Below the pieces are notes generated by a model. The model was not told the DNA's origin, made no database searches, and saw nothing but the letters and a program-made list of their open reading frames with translations. Positions 28,830 to 40,405 of a stretch of 64,000 nucleotides of DNA are shown here, one piece after another (positions within the stretch are counted from its first letter, which is position 1; each line of letters starts with the position of its first letter). The stretch covers positions 93,386 to 157,385 of the forward strand of contig JAFGKK010000057.1 of NCBI GenBank assembly GCA_016928575.1, written 5' to 3'. The position numbers were made by a program, and so were the translations under genes. This DNA is from Anaerolineales bacterium. Its GTDB lineage: Bacteria > Chloroflexota > Anaerolineae > Anaerolineales > RBG-16-64-43.

Positions 28830-29075
28830 ATGGCAGAAACCACCTTTGATATGGTGCAAGGAATTATTGTGGAACTCCTGGCGGTCGATCCGGCAAAGGT
28901 CACCAAAGAAGCCCGTTTCCGGGAGGATCTTGGAGCGGATTCCCTCGACTTGGTCGAACTCATCATGGCCTTTGAAGAGAAGTTCGGCGCCGAAATTTCC
29001 GATGAGGACGCGCAAAAGATCCTCACCGTCGGCGAAGCGGTGAAATACATCGACGACCGAAAAAAGGCCGCTTGA
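28830..29075 (+). CDS. acpP: Acyl carrier protein
   Basis: AAGGAGG upstream. 81 aa with [21 protein letters not shown] (phosphopantetheine Ser in the DSLD motif). Confidence 0.95.
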   Translation: MAETTFDMVQGIIVELLAVDPAKVTKEARFREDLGADSLDLVELIMAFEEKFGAEISDEDAQKILTVGEAVKYIDDRKKAA

Positions 29076-29093
29076 TTCTTATTCCATCCACAG

Positions 29094-29123
29094 CGTAGGG
29101 CCGTTCCAAGGAACGGCCCTACG
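29094..29123. terminator. GC-rich hairpin between convergent acpP and PPIase genes (probable T-run-less/bidirectional terminator)
   Basis: CGTAGGGCCGTTCC-AA-GGAACGGCCCTACG, a perfect 14-bp stem. No clear U-tract on either strand. Confidence 0.5.
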
Positions 29124-29324
29124 GGGTTAATGTCTTCGCAAAGACCGAGCCGGAACGCCAAACCGGCTCGGTCATTTTCGGTTGTCACCGCGAAGTCCGG
29201 CTCCCGGCCCGTCCGGTCGCAGCGGGAGTGCCTGGCGGAGGATGCGCTCCCATCCGGAAAGGAGGCGCACCGTACCGAACCCCCCTGGATGCCGGCCAGG
29301 AACACCCGGGCGTGAAAGTTTCCT

Positions 29325-29834
29325 TCAGCCTTCCCGAATCTCCAATTTGCGGATCACGAGTCCCGGCTGGGAGGAGCGGTCGGATTCCCGCTCCGGGATC
29401 TTCAGCACGGTGTCCATCCCGGAGACCACCTTTCCGAACACGGTATGGTGGTTGTCGAGGTGCGGCGTGGCGCAGAAGGTGATGAAGAATTGACTGCCGT
29501 TGGTGCCGGGTCCGGCGTTGGCCATGGAGAGCATGCCGGCGCAGGAGTGCCGCAGGGCGGGATGGAATTCATCGGCGAACCGGTATCCCGGACCGCCGCG
29601 GCCGCTTCCCGTCGGATCGCCGCCCTGGGCCATGAAGCCGCGGATGACCCGGTGAAACGTAGTCCCGTCGTAGAATCCGTCGCGGGCGAGAAAGACGAAA
29701 TTGTTGACTGTCTTGGGCGCCTGCGCGGCATACAACTCCGCTTCGAAATTGCCGATGTCGGTCTGGAATACGGCGGTGTATCGTTTCTTCGGGTCGAGAA
29801 TCATTACCGGTGGTGCGGAATATTGTTTGGCCAT
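29325..29834 (-). CDS. Peptidyl-prolyl cis-trans isomerase, cyclophilin type
   Basis: GFYDGTTFHRVIRGFMAQGGDPTGSGRGGPGYRFADEF...SMANAGPGTNGSQFFI is the cyclophilin signature. Confidence 0.95.
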   Translation of the reverse strand: MAKQYSAPPVMILDPKKRYTAVFQTDIGNFEAELYAAQAPKTVNNFVFLARDGFYDGTTFHRVIRGFMAQGGDPTGSGRGGPGYRFADEFHPALRHSCAGMLSMANAGPGTNGSQFFITFCATPHLDNHHTVFGKVVSGMDTVLKIPERESDRSSQPGLVIRKLEIREG

Positions 29835-29963
29835 GGGGTCTCCTTTGAATTGGTGATCGGTTCAATGAAAAGTCATCCCGAGGGGCTTTCACGCCCCGCG
29901 GGATGACTTCTCCAAATGCCGTCTTGAGGGATCGGCGACTCCTTCCGGAGCTGATTCGATCCT

Positions 29964-31409
29964 TCATCCATCGGTCAGAAAGAACTCCTGCTCCAAGCCG
30001 ATCCAATCGCGGAGTGCGTTGGTCTGCATCCTCCCGGCCAGGATCGGGTGCAGAGCTTGGATCTGTTCCGCCGCCTGCAAAGCCAGCACCCGAACGGCGG
30101 CGTGCGCGTGGTCCGAGGACCGCAAAGCGCAGAAGTGGAACGCCTCGCGCAGATTCATGCCCAGCACCAGCCGCCGCAAAAAACCGTTGGGGACGGCGTA
30201 CGCCGCCACCTCGGGGCCGAAATCCCGGCGCAGGTTTTCGTAGGCGCCGGCCGCCTGACTCATCGCCTGTTGATATTCTGCCAGGAACCCGGCCGTTTGA
30301 AATCCGCGCGGGATGACGTAACCGAGGCGGCAGGTCAGGGGGCTGGGAGTCTGGCTGGCGATGCGGTGGCGTTTGACTTCGAAATACGCGCCCTGATCCA
30401 TCACGGCTTCAAACACGTATTGCACGTATTCCAATTCGCGCACCGGGGAATCATGGTCCCCGAGGAGTTCCAACAGCGCCTCGCCGAGGGCGCGTTTCTC
30501 CTCGGGGGGAGCCCTGCGGATCCGGGCCAGGCTTTCCTCGTACGCCCATCCGCAGAAGCGAACTCCGGCGGCGGCCAAGACTCGGTCCTCGGAGTCCGCT
30601 TCGCCGTGGACGAGTTTCATCCAGCCGCGCGGCGGGCTCTCCGCTTCCGCGGTGGGCGTTTCCAAGCCGGCGGACGCGCGGCGGTACCGCTCCGGGGTGT
30701 CGCGCAGGTAGGCGTTCTCCTCGGCGTATTTCACCAAGGTCGGCACTTCCTCCAGCGCCGCCTGCCTGATCTCCGACCCGATCGCCCGCACCTCCCGCAG
30801 AGGGTGTGAAAGCATTTTCCGCAGCGCGTGCTCCAGCGCCCGCGCGTTGATCGTGATTCCGACGTTGGCCAGGGAGGCGGCCGGGAGGAGGTAGCGGCAG
30901 ATATCGGCGTAGCTCGAGCGGATCCGCCCTTCCCAGCGAGCCTCGCTTTCGCCGGCTTGCCGCGGATGACGAGCCCGGATCTGGTCGCCGACCGCCTGCA
31001 GTGAACGCTGGTAGGCGTCAAGCAGCCGGCCGCAGGTTTCCCGAAAGGGCGCCTCGGCCGGGCTTCCGGCGATCTCGGGTGGAACGACGAATGCTTCGCT
31101 CGACCACTTCTGATAGCGGGTGCTTTTTTCGGTAAAGGACGCCAGCCGGTTGGACTCGATGCATTCGATCGCCAGGCGCGAGACGTTCTCCGCGGCTATA
31201 TGCAGCACCGCATGCTCGGCGATGGAGGAATGGCCGTATCCGACCACCCATTTCTGGTGGAATTCGGCCGAGCGGCTGTCGCTCAACTCGGCGGCGGTGC
31301 GGTCGAAGGATTCGGGGGAGCGCGAAGTTTTCGCGAATGCCACCGCAATCGTCTCCGGCGCGAGGTCCCGCGCCCGCAGGAGATACACCCTTCGCATTTT
31401 CCCGCTCAT
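29964..31409 (-). CDS. thyX: Two-domain (tandem) ThyX-like FAD-dependent thymidylate synthase
   Basis: Domain 1: GHSSIAEHAVLHI...SNRLASFTEKSTRY. Domain 2: ...YFEVKRHRIASQTPSPL...ALRSSDHAH. ATG 31409 overlaps the ribF stop (ATGA). The track over-extends to 31988. Confidence 0.75.
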   Translation of the reverse strand: MSGKMRRVYLLRARDLAPETIAVAFAKTSRSPESFDRTAAELSDSRSAEFHQKWVVGYGHSSIAEHAVLHIAAENVSRLAIECIESNRLASFTEKSTRYQKWSSEAFVVPPEIAGSPAEAPFRETCGRLLDAYQRSLQAVGDQIRARHPRQAGESEARWEGRIRSSYADICRYLLPAASLANVGITINARALEHALRKMLSHPLREVRAIGSEIRQAALEEVPTLVKYAEENAYLRDTPERYRRASAGLETPTAEAESPPRGWMKLVHGEADSEDRVLAAAGVRFCGWAYEESLARIRRAPPEEKRALGEALLELLGDHDSPVRELEYVQYVFEAVMDQGAYFEVKRHRIASQTPSPLTCRLGYVIPRGFQTAGFLAEYQQAMSQAAGAYENLRRDFGPEVAAYAVPNGFLRRLVLGMNLREAFHFCALRSSDHAHAAVRVLALQAAEQIQALHPILAGRMQTNALRDWIGLEQEFFLTDG

Positions 31410-32347
31410 GTCTCCTCCCGCAGCAAACCCCGCGCCCGCGCCGCGTCGGAGGCCATCTGCCGGCGGAGCGAGTCGGCGTCCGCGAATTTCCGCTCTTCGC
31501 GTAGACGTTCCACGAATTCCACCCGCAAGTCGGATCCGTACAGGTCGCCGTCGAAATCCAGGAGATGGGTCTCCACCGTCGCGGCGTGAACGGATGCGTT
31601 GACGAACGTCGGACGGAGTCCGACGCTGGTCACGGCGGGATGCCGAGCGCCCGCTGTTTCGGCTCGGGTGGCATAGACGCCGTAGGCGGGAATCACGATC
31701 TCGGGCCGGAGAGCGATGTTGGCTGTCGGCATGCCCAGGCAGCGCCCGCGCCCCGCGCCGTGGACCACCGTTCCGGAAAGCGTGAAGCGCCGGCCGAGCA
31801 GGTCCGCGGCCAGCCGCAGGTCGCCTTGCGCCAGCGCCTCGCGGATCCAGCTGGAGGAGACCGGCCTGCCGCGGTGTTCGAGCGGAGGAACCACATGCAG
31901 CGCAAAGCCGAAGGCGCCGCTTTGTCCGGTGAGGTAGGCGACATCGCCTTCGCGCCGGCAGCCGACGGCGAAGGATGGACCGCACCAAAGCCCGCGAAGT
32001 CCGAGCCGGGTTTGCAGCATCCGCAGGAATTCCGCCGCTCCGATTCGTGAAAACGCGGCGTCAAAAGGCTGTAGGATGAGAGCTTCAAGCGGCAGCGTGC
32101 GCAACAGGGCGAGCCGCTCTTCCAGCGGCATCAAATAGCGGATCGCGGCCGGTTCGCCGGGCGGCCGCAGGACGGCCCGCGGATGGGGGAAGAAGGTTAG
32201 AACCGCCGGCGGAGCTCCAGCCCGGGCGGCGGCTTCCAGCATGCGGTCCAGGAGACGGCGGTGGCCGCGGTGCAGACCGTCGAAGGATCCCGGGGCGAGG
32301 TACGCTCCTTGGAGCGCGGCGCCGTCGATCGATTCAAAGTATTGCAT
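31406..32347 (-). CDS. ribF: Bifunctional riboflavin kinase / FMN adenylyltransferase
   Basis: GSFDGLHRGHRRLL (nucleotidyl-transferase N-terminus) and a C-terminal riboflavin kinase (GRCLGMPTANI...THLLDFDGDLYG). Confidence 0.95.
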   Translation of the reverse strand: MQYFESIDGAALQGAYLAPGSFDGLHRGHRRLLDRMLEAAARAGAPPAVLTFFPHPRAVLRPPGEPAAIRYLMPLEERLALLRTLPLEALILQPFDAAFSRIGAAEFLRMLQTRLGLRGLWCGPSFAVGCRREGDVAYLTGQSGAFGFALHVVPPLEHRGRPVSSSWIREALAQGDLRLAADLLGRRFTLSGTVVHGAGRGRCLGMPTANIALRPEIVIPAYGVYATRAETAGARHPAVTSVGLRPTFVNASVHAATVETHLLDFDGDLYGSDLRVEFVERLREERKFADADSLRRQMASDAARARGLLREET

Positions 32348-32356
32348 CAGGAAGGA

Positions 32357-33238
32357 TCAGTCGATGAAGACTTTTTTCGGCTGCCACGTCCCGGCGGCGG
32401 AATCCGCCTCCAGGACCGCCAGCAATTCGCCGCCGGGGGCGATCGCCCGGGCGCGTCCGGAGGATCCGGCCGCCGCGGGGATCGCGATTCCGTTGCGTAT
32501 TTTTTGCGCCTCCTCGGCGTCCAATTCCACGGTCGCCCAGCCCTCGAGCACCGCGCTGGCCGGCATCGCCGCCTTTTCCCACGTGCCTTCCAGAAACCGG
32601 CGCTTGAGTTCCTCCAGCGGCGTCGCCCGCTCCACCGAAAACGGACCCAAGCGGATGCGGCGGAGGGATACGAGGTGGGCGTGGGATCCCATCGCTTCGC
32701 CGATGTCGTGGGCGATGGAGCGGATGTAGGTGCCGCGCGAGCAGCGAACGCGGACCACGGCATTGGGGCTTTCCCAGCGCAGCAGGGAAAGTTCGTAGAT
32801 GTGGACCTTGCGGGGGGTCATTTCCACTTCCTCGCCCTTCCGGGCGAGGTCGTAGGCTTTCCGGCCGCCGACCTTGATCGCCGAATAGATCGGAGGAACC
32901 TGCAGGCGTTCGCCGACAAAGCCGGCCAGTTTCGCTTCCAGGGTTTCTTCGCGGAAGGTGAACGGACGCGTGGCGGTGATCCGGCCGGCGGCGTCGAAGG
33001 TGGAGGTGGCCGCGCCGAACCGGATGGTGGCGAGATATTCCTTATCCACTTCCAGCAGGTATTCGGCCAGGCGCGTGACCGCACCCAACAGGACAAGCAG
33101 GACTCCGGACGCATACGGATCGAGCGTTCCGGTATGGCCGACTTTGCGGATCTGGGTTCCGCGCCGGACGATGTTGACGATATCGTGCGACGTCGGTCCG
33201 GTGGGTTTGTCGATTACCAGGAGACCGGGTTTAGGCAT
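32357..33238 (-). CDS. truB: tRNA pseudouridine(55) synthase
   Basis: GLLVIDKPTGPTSHDIV...KVGHTGTLDPYASGVL with the catalytic Asp motif. Confidence 0.96.
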   Translation of the reverse strand: MPKPGLLVIDKPTGPTSHDIVNIVRRGTQIRKVGHTGTLDPYASGVLLVLLGAVTRLAEYLLEVDKEYLATIRFGAATSTFDAAGRITATRPFTFREETLEAKLAGFVGERLQVPPIYSAIKVGGRKAYDLARKGEEVEMTPRKVHIYELSLLRWESPNAVVRVRCSRGTYIRSIAHDIGEAMGSHAHLVSLRRIRLGPFSVERATPLEELKRRFLEGTWEKAAMPASAVLEGWATVELDAEEAQKIRNGIAIPAAAGSSGRARAIAPGGELLAVLEADSAAGTWQPKKVFID

Positions 33239-33368
33239 AAGAATCCTCCCTAAGCAAGAGGTTTCCCCCGTTCACAGAGATCCCGCAGACAAAACGGCCC
33301 GTGCGCCCCCTGTCGCCTGAGGGCTTTTTGTTACAAAGGGCAGATTATATCTCTTTCGTCCGTCCGGC

Positions 33369-34373
33369 TCATTTCCAAGCGGTTTCCGGATTATCGCCGT
33401 TGTGGACGGCATCCAGCCATTGCTTCGTACGCTGTAAAACCGCGCACCGGACATCTTCCAGGTTTCCGGAAAGCACCGCGCCCGAGGCGGCGGGATGGCC
33501 TCCGCCGCCGAAGGAAGCCGCCAGCGGGGTGACGTCCAGGCCGCCGACGACCCGCCAACTCACTTTGATCTTGCCACCGTCCTGTTCGATGAAGATCAAA
33601 GCCGCTTCGTGCCCGTCGATCGAAGACAGGATGTTAACCAAATCGGCGTCGTCACGGCCGGGATACCCGGCCTGGCTCCGGTCCGCCAGGGTCAGCGAAG
33701 TCCAGACAATGGTCCCGTCGCGTTCCAAGCGTGAAAGCCCGGCTCCCCAATAGCGGGCCGCAGCGAACGACCGCCGGTGAAGGCTGCGTTCGACCGTTTC
33801 CGGAAGCGATCCGCCGGCCTGCATCAACCGCTGGACGACCTCCAGGGTGTGCCTCCCGGTGTTGGGAGTGCGGAACCCGAGGGTGTCGGTTACCACGCCC
33901 GCCAAAAGGCAAGCGGCCGCCTCGGGCGTGACGGTCAATCCCAGGCCGTCCGCCAAATCGACAATGAATTCGGCGGTCGCAGCGGCGGACGGATTCACCA
34001 AATTGACGCCGGCAAAACGGCCGTTGGTGATGTGATGGTCGACCGCCAGATTGATGGGTGGGGAAGGGGCTTTGGCTGGGAAGCTGATCCGCTCCCGGTC
34101 GGCGCAATCGACCAGGACCGCCGCGTCGAAAGCGGCGGGAAGTTCCGAGCGGATTTCCCCCGCACCCGGCAGGTAGCGGAAGACCGAGCTCATCCCTTCC
34201 GCCAGGATGGGGTGGGATTGCCGCCCCGCCGCGCGCAGCATGTGGAACAGGCCGAGCATCGAACCCAGCGCGTCGCCGTCCGGCCGTTGGTGGGTTAGCA
34301 AGAGGACGCTGGAACTTCTCTCCAGCAGTTCCTTGGCCCGGCGGACGTCGTCCGGATCAATGCGGAAGTCCAT
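33369..34373 (-). CDS. nrnA: DHH-family phosphoesterase (NrnA-like oligoribonuclease/pAp phosphatase)
   Basis: HQRPDGDALGS, DHH (AVDHHITN), DHHA1 GGGGHPAASG. Confidence 0.88.
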   Translation of the reverse strand: MDFRIDPDDVRRAKELLERSSSVLLLTHQRPDGDALGSMLGLFHMLRAAGRQSHPILAEGMSSVFRYLPGAGEIRSELPAAFDAAVLVDCADRERISFPAKAPSPPINLAVDHHITNGRFAGVNLVNPSAAATAEFIVDLADGLGLTVTPEAAACLLAGVVTDTLGFRTPNTGRHTLEVVQRLMQAGGSLPETVERSLHRRSFAAARYWGAGLSRLERDGTIVWTSLTLADRSQAGYPGRDDADLVNILSSIDGHEAALIFIEQDGGKIKVSWRVVGGLDVTPLAASFGGGGHPAASGAVLSGNLEDVRCAVLQRTKQWLDAVHNGDNPETAWK

Positions 34374-34386
34374 CTGCTGCTCGGTC

Positions 34387-34737
34387 TCAGTCCTTCTTCA
34401 GCGAATCAATCAGATGTTCGATGTGTTCCGCGCGGTCGGGGAGGACGTCCCAGTGAAAGCGCAGGGCCGGAAAAGTCCGCAGCGGAATGCGGCCGGCCAG
34501 GGCGCTGCGCAGGAATCCCTTGGCGCCCTCCAGGGCCTGCAAAACGCCGGCTTGGCGGGCTTCGTCGAAATCCGCGGCCGAGACGAAGACGTTGGCCGCC
34601 GCGAATTCGCGGTCCACGCGAACTTCGGTGACGGTGATCATCCGCAGGCGCGGATCGGAGGATTCGCGCAGAAAGATCTCCGCCAGCTCGGTGCGGATTC
34701 GCTCCCCCAACCGGAGAGCCCGTGCGGCGCTGGGCAC
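34387..34737 (-). CDS. rbfA: Ribosome-binding factor A
   Basis: 116 aa. ...RIRTELAEIF...DPRL..ITVTEVRVDREF.. pattern, in the position after infB. Confidence 0.92.
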   Translation of the reverse strand: MPSAARALRLGERIRTELAEIFLRESSDPRLRMITVTEVRVDREFAAANVFVSAADFDEARQAGVLQALEGAKGFLRSALAGRIPLRTFPALRFHWDVLPDRAEHIEHLIDSLKKD

Positions 34738-34741
34738 GGCC

Positions 34742-36529
<1,788 letters not shown>

Positions 36530-36597
36530 CGTGCACCTCCTAGACTTGCCGATCTCCCCGGCGACGTCGACAGGGATGGGTTGGCGGCCGGATTAAT

Positions 36598-36930
36598 TCA
36601 TGATGACCCTCCGGCCGCGGGCGGGGGATCGGATTCTCCATCCGCGTCGGGCGGAAGCCGGAGCATGCGGTCTTTCAGGGCTTCCCGCTCGGCGGGGGAT
36701 AACTCGGCCTTGAGCGCCTGACTCAGGGCGCCCTGCAAAGCCTTCTCCCAGCACTCCCGCCGGTCGTGGACATAGGCGCCGCGTCCGGCGGCCTTCCCGC
36801 CGGGATCGATGCGGATTCCATCCGGGCCGCGCACCACCCGGATCAGGGAGCGTTTGGCGAGCGCTTGCCGGCAACCCACGCACATCCGCAAAGGGATATG
36901 CTTCACGTGAGCCGTCTGTTTGGGGCTCAT
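36598..36930 (-). CDS. ylxR: YlxR-family (DUF448) RNA-binding protein
   Basis: RMCVGCRQALAKRSLIRVV...GRGAYV motif, located between nusA and infB. Confidence 0.9.
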   Translation of the reverse strand: MSPKQTAHVKHIPLRMCVGCRQALAKRSLIRVVRGPDGIRIDPGGKAAGRGAYVHDRRECWEKALQGALSQALKAELSPAEREALKDRMLRLPPDADGESDPPPAAGGSS

Positions 36931-36979
36931 CGCAGAAACCAGGAAAACCGCTTCACGCTGACCGGACTCCCCGGGATCC

Positions 36980-38857
36980 TCAATCCTCTTCCAGCCCGTC
37001 CACCAGCAGATCCTTCACCCGGCCGGGCTTGCGTTTGCGCCGGGCGACCGTCATGCCGGTTTCGGGATCGAATTCCACGACCGCCTTGAGCTTGCCTTTC
37101 TTTTTCTTCTTTCCCCCCTTGCTTTCCTCTTCGGTTTCTTCTTCTTCCTCTTCCTCGGTTTCCGCCGGCGTCGAGGCCGCCTCCGCCGCGGCTTCCGCGG
37201 CGGGCGCCTCGATGTCCGCTGCAGCGGTGGCTTCCGGGACGGCGGCCGGGGTTTCTCCGGCGGCTGGGAGGACCGCTTCGGCGGACGGCGCTTCGGCGAC
37301 GGCCGCTTCCTGGGCTTTTTCGGCGGCCGCCTGCTCCGCTTCAGCCTTCTCGTCCGCGCGCAAATCGAGGATCATGCTTTCCAGCGATTCCTTCAGCTTC
37401 TCGAAATTCCGCACCCCCATCTCCGGCAGGGACAAGACCGAATCCGGATCCAGCATGATGCGTTCATAGGATTGGCCGATGGATTCCATACCCGCGGCGG
37501 CCAGCGCCCGGTCCAGTCCGTCCGCCAGCCCGAGCGTGTCCAAACCGTGCTCGTACGCGGATGCGGGGAGGTTCTTGCGGATCTCGGCCAGCCGGCGGGT
37601 TTGCGCTTTGCGCCGGCCCTCGCGCTGTTCGGCGAGGATCTTCTCCACGCCGGTGACGAACTGGTTCATGATGCTGTAATCTTCCGGAGGCAGCGGTTTG
37701 CCCTCCGCCTTGCGGCCCAAGGCGTTCTGCACCTGCTCGATCAACGTTCCTTGGGTTTCCACGAAAGGCGCAAGGATTTCCTCCTTGCCGAGTTTCTGGA
37801 CGGCTTCCGCGGCCGCCTCCGCCACGCTCTTGATATCCACCCGCCAACCGGTGAGCTTCGCCGCCAGCCGCGCGTTGACCCCCTCGCGTCCGATTGCCAG
37901 GCTCAATTGGTCTTCCGAAACCACGACCAGCGCCGTGCGCCCGCGCACCGGATCGTCGTCGAGGTACACGCCCGAAACGCGCGCCGGGCTGAGCGCCTTG
38001 GCGATGAAGGAGGCCGGGTCCGGATTCCATTCGATGACGTCGATCTTCTCGTCGTGAAGCTCGCGGACGATGGCCTGGATCCGCCCGCCGCGCATCCCCA
38101 CGCACGCGCCAACCGGATCCAGGTTGGGCTGCATGGCCGCCACGGCCACTTTGGAGCGCAGTCCCGGTTCGCGGGCGATGCCCTTGATCTCCACCATGCC
38201 TTGGTAGATTTCCGGAACCTCCGCTTCCAGCAGGCGGCGGAGCATGTTGCGGTCGGAGCGGGAGAGGATGATCTGCGGACCGCGGCTGGTTTTGCTGACG
38301 TCCATCAGAACCGCGCGGATCCGATCGCGCGGTTTATAGCGTTCGGTCGGGAGCTGTTCGCGCTTGGGAAGCGCGGCCTCCGCCCTGCCCAGGGAGACGG
38401 TGATCCCCATCGGGCCGACGGATTGCACGGTGCCGTGGACGATCTCGCCCTTGCGCGCGGACCATTCCTCAAACTGTTTTTCCCGTTCGGCGTCGCGCAA
38501 TTTTTGGTGGATCTGCTGTTTGGCGGCCTGCGTGGCGATCCGCCCGAAATCCTCCGGCGTGCTGTCGACCAGAACCAGGTCGCCCAGCGCGGCCTTCGGG
38601 TTTACCTCGCGGGCTTCTTCCAGCAAGACTTCCGTGCGCCCGTCGGTGATGGACTCGACCACTTCCTTTTCCGCGAGGATCTGGATCGTGCCTTTGGCCA
38701 GGTCCACATTCGCTTCCACCTGCTGCGCGGTGGAGGCGTTCACCGCTTTGCGGTAGGCGTTGACCATCGCCGCTTGGACAACTTCCAGAACGGCCTCGCG
38801 CGGGAGTCCGTAGTGCTCCAGCACCTCGTTGAACGCGAGTGCAAACTCGTTTCTCAT
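36980..38857 (-). CDS. nusA: Transcription termination/antitermination factor NusA with long low-complexity C-terminal extension
   Basis: NusA N-terminus, S1 ([11 protein letters not shown]), two KH domains ([12 protein letters not shown]). Then an Ala/Glu-rich segment, an E-run and a K-run ([22 protein letters not shown]). Confidence 0.95.
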   Translation of the reverse strand: MRNEFALAFNEVLEHYGLPREAVLEVVQAAMVNAYRKAVNASTAQQVEANVDLAKGTIQILAEKEVVESITDGRTEVLLEEAREVNPKAALGDLVLVDSTPEDFGRIATQAAKQQIHQKLRDAEREKQFEEWSARKGEIVHGTVQSVGPMGITVSLGRAEAALPKREQLPTERYKPRDRIRAVLMDVSKTSRGPQIILSRSDRNMLRRLLEAEVPEIYQGMVEIKGIAREPGLRSKVAVAAMQPNLDPVGACVGMRGGRIQAIVRELHDEKIDVIEWNPDPASFIAKALSPARVSGVYLDDDPVRGRTALVVVSEDQLSLAIGREGVNARLAAKLTGWRVDIKSVAEAAAEAVQKLGKEEILAPFVETQGTLIEQVQNALGRKAEGKPLPPEDYSIMNQFVTGVEKILAEQREGRRKAQTRRLAEIRKNLPASAYEHGLDTLGLADGLDRALAAAGMESIGQSYERIMLDPDSVLSLPEMGVRNFEKLKESLESMILDLRADEKAEAEQAAAEKAQEAAVAEAPSAEAVLPAAGETPAAVPEATAAADIEAPAAEAAAEAASTPAETEEEEEEETEEESKGGKKKKKGKLKAVVEFDPETGMTVARRKRKPGRVKDLLVDGLEED

Positions 38858-38897
38858 ATTGCCACTCTACTCCATGGAGGGTTCGAGCCCTGCCAGA

Positions 38898-38928
38898 GAC
38901 AAAGAAAAGTGGGGGTTGCCCACTTTTC
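38898..38928 (-). terminator. Rho-independent terminator after trxA
   Basis: Minus strand: GAAAAGTGGG-CAACC-CCCACTTTTC (10-bp stem) followed by TTTGTCTC. Confidence 0.55.
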
Positions 38929-38966
38929 CGAAAACAGTACCTCCGAAACTTACGGCTTTAATTCTA

Positions 38967-39344
38967 TCATGAGGCCTCTCCGGAGGCAAGACCGGTGGCG
39001 GCGGCCGGGATTCTCCCGAGAAAATCGGCCACTGCTTCCTTCAGCTTGACTTCCGGCAGGGACCCGACCACGCGGCGGATTTCTTTGCCTTGGTGAAGCA
39101 TCAACAGAGTCGGAATTCCCTGAACCCCGAACTGTTGGGCGTGTGCGGGATTGGCGTCGACGTCCACTTTTGCGACCGTCAGCCGCCCGTCGTACTCCAC
39201 GGCGATCCGTTCCAAGGCCGGGGCGATGGCATGGCAAGGCACACACCAAGCAGCCCAAAAATCGACAATCACCGGCAGGGGGGATTGCAGAACTTTTTCC
39301 TGGAATTCGGCGTCGGAGATGTGGATCGGTTCGCTCATGGACAT
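38967..39344 (-). CDS. trxA: Thioredoxin (active site WCVPC)
   Basis: ...PVIVDFWAAWCVPCHAIAP... thioredoxin fold, with CVPC in place of the common CGPC. Confidence 0.9.
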   Translation of the reverse strand: MSMSEPIHISDAEFQEKVLQSPLPVIVDFWAAWCVPCHAIAPALERIAVEYDGRLTVAKVDVDANPAHAQQFGVQGIPTLLMLHQGKEIRRVVGSLPEVKLKEAVADFLGRIPAAATGLASGEAS

Positions 39345-39394
39345 ACGCTCCTAAAATGTAGATCCGTGCGCATCCCGGGGGGAACGCCGCGGTT

Positions 39395-39826
39395 TCATAC
39401 CTCCGCCCGCCGGGCCGGAGGTTGGATTTCAAACGAAGTGGAGATCTCGGCCGTGGCGCGGATCGTCGCCGACACGGAACAGTATTTTCCTTCCGCCAAA
39501 CGGATGGCTTGCTCGACCGCCGAAGGCTGCAGGTTCTCCCCGCGCAGCAGGAAGCGCATCCGGATACTGCGGAACGTCCAGGGAGGGTCCGGATCCTGAG
39601 TTCCTTCCACATGGACTTCCATCCCATCCGGCGCCTGGCGCTTTTTATTTAAAATCTCGATCACGTCGACCGAGGCGCAGGAAGCCACGGCCAAGAGCAG
39701 CAGGTCAGAGGGTTTCATCCCCGTGCCGTTCGATTCGTCCGAGGAGGAAAGGACGACCGCGTGACGGGTGCTGTCGGTGCCGACGAAGGTTTTCCCGCGC
39801 AGCCAATCCAGCCGGACTTCGCTCAT
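39395..39826 (-). CDS. OsmC/Ohr-family peroxiredoxin-like protein (paralog 2)
   Basis: Both family cysteines present: LAVASCASVDV and EGKYCSVSATI. Confidence 0.85.
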   Translation of the reverse strand: MSEVRLDWLRGKTFVGTDSTRHAVVLSSSDESNGTGMKPSDLLLLAVASCASVDVIEILNKKRQAPDGMEVHVEGTQDPDPPWTFRSIRMRFLLRGENLQPSAVEQAIRLAEGKYCSVSATIRATAEISTSFEIQPPARRAEV

Positions 39827-40257
39827 GCCGAACCTGCATGCCCCGCTAGAATTCGGAAGGAGGTCCGGATGCGCGCGGAAGGCGCGAGCATCGCTCCCAC
39901 CGAACAGTACTTTTCCGTAGAGAGCGCGATCGCCCGCTCCGCCGCCTCCGACGAGAGATCCGCGCCGGACAGGACGAATTCCATGTCGATCATGGTGTAC
40001 ACCTTGGGATGTTCTTCAGCCTGCGCGCCGCGCACCCGGATTTCGATCGACTCGACCTGCTGACGTTTTTTCCCCAGAATGCTGGCAACGTCCATCCCGG
40101 TGCAACCGGCGAGAGCCATCAGCAAAGTTTCCATCGGGGTGAGGAAGGGGGCCGCCGACGACGGATCCATCCGCACCGTCACGCCCTGCGCATTGACGGC
40201 CTCGAAGCTGAGTCCGCCCTTCCAGCGGGCCGTGATCTCGGTCGGATTGTCGGGCAT
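39823..40257 (-). CDS. OsmC/Ohr-family peroxiredoxin-like protein (paralog 1)
   Basis: LMALAGCTGMDV and TEKYCSVGAML. 4-nt overlap with paralog 2. Confidence 0.85.
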   Translation of the reverse strand: MPDNPTEITARWKGGLSFEAVNAQGVTVRMDPSSAAPFLTPMETLLMALAGCTGMDVASILGKKRQQVESIEIRVRGAQAEEHPKVYTMIDMEFVLSGADLSSEAAERAIALSTEKYCSVGAMLAPSARIRTSFRILAGHAGSA

Positions 40258-40405
40258 CCTCTCCTCCGTTCCCCCGAGAGTATATCACCCCGGGAGCACA
40301 CCTGTCGGGTCTTCAAGATCTGAGAAGCGCGCGCAGTGGATGCAGTATAATCCATTCACAGCCGTTCCCGTCCGGAAAATCCGACACGGCCATCCGGATT
40401 CCCGA

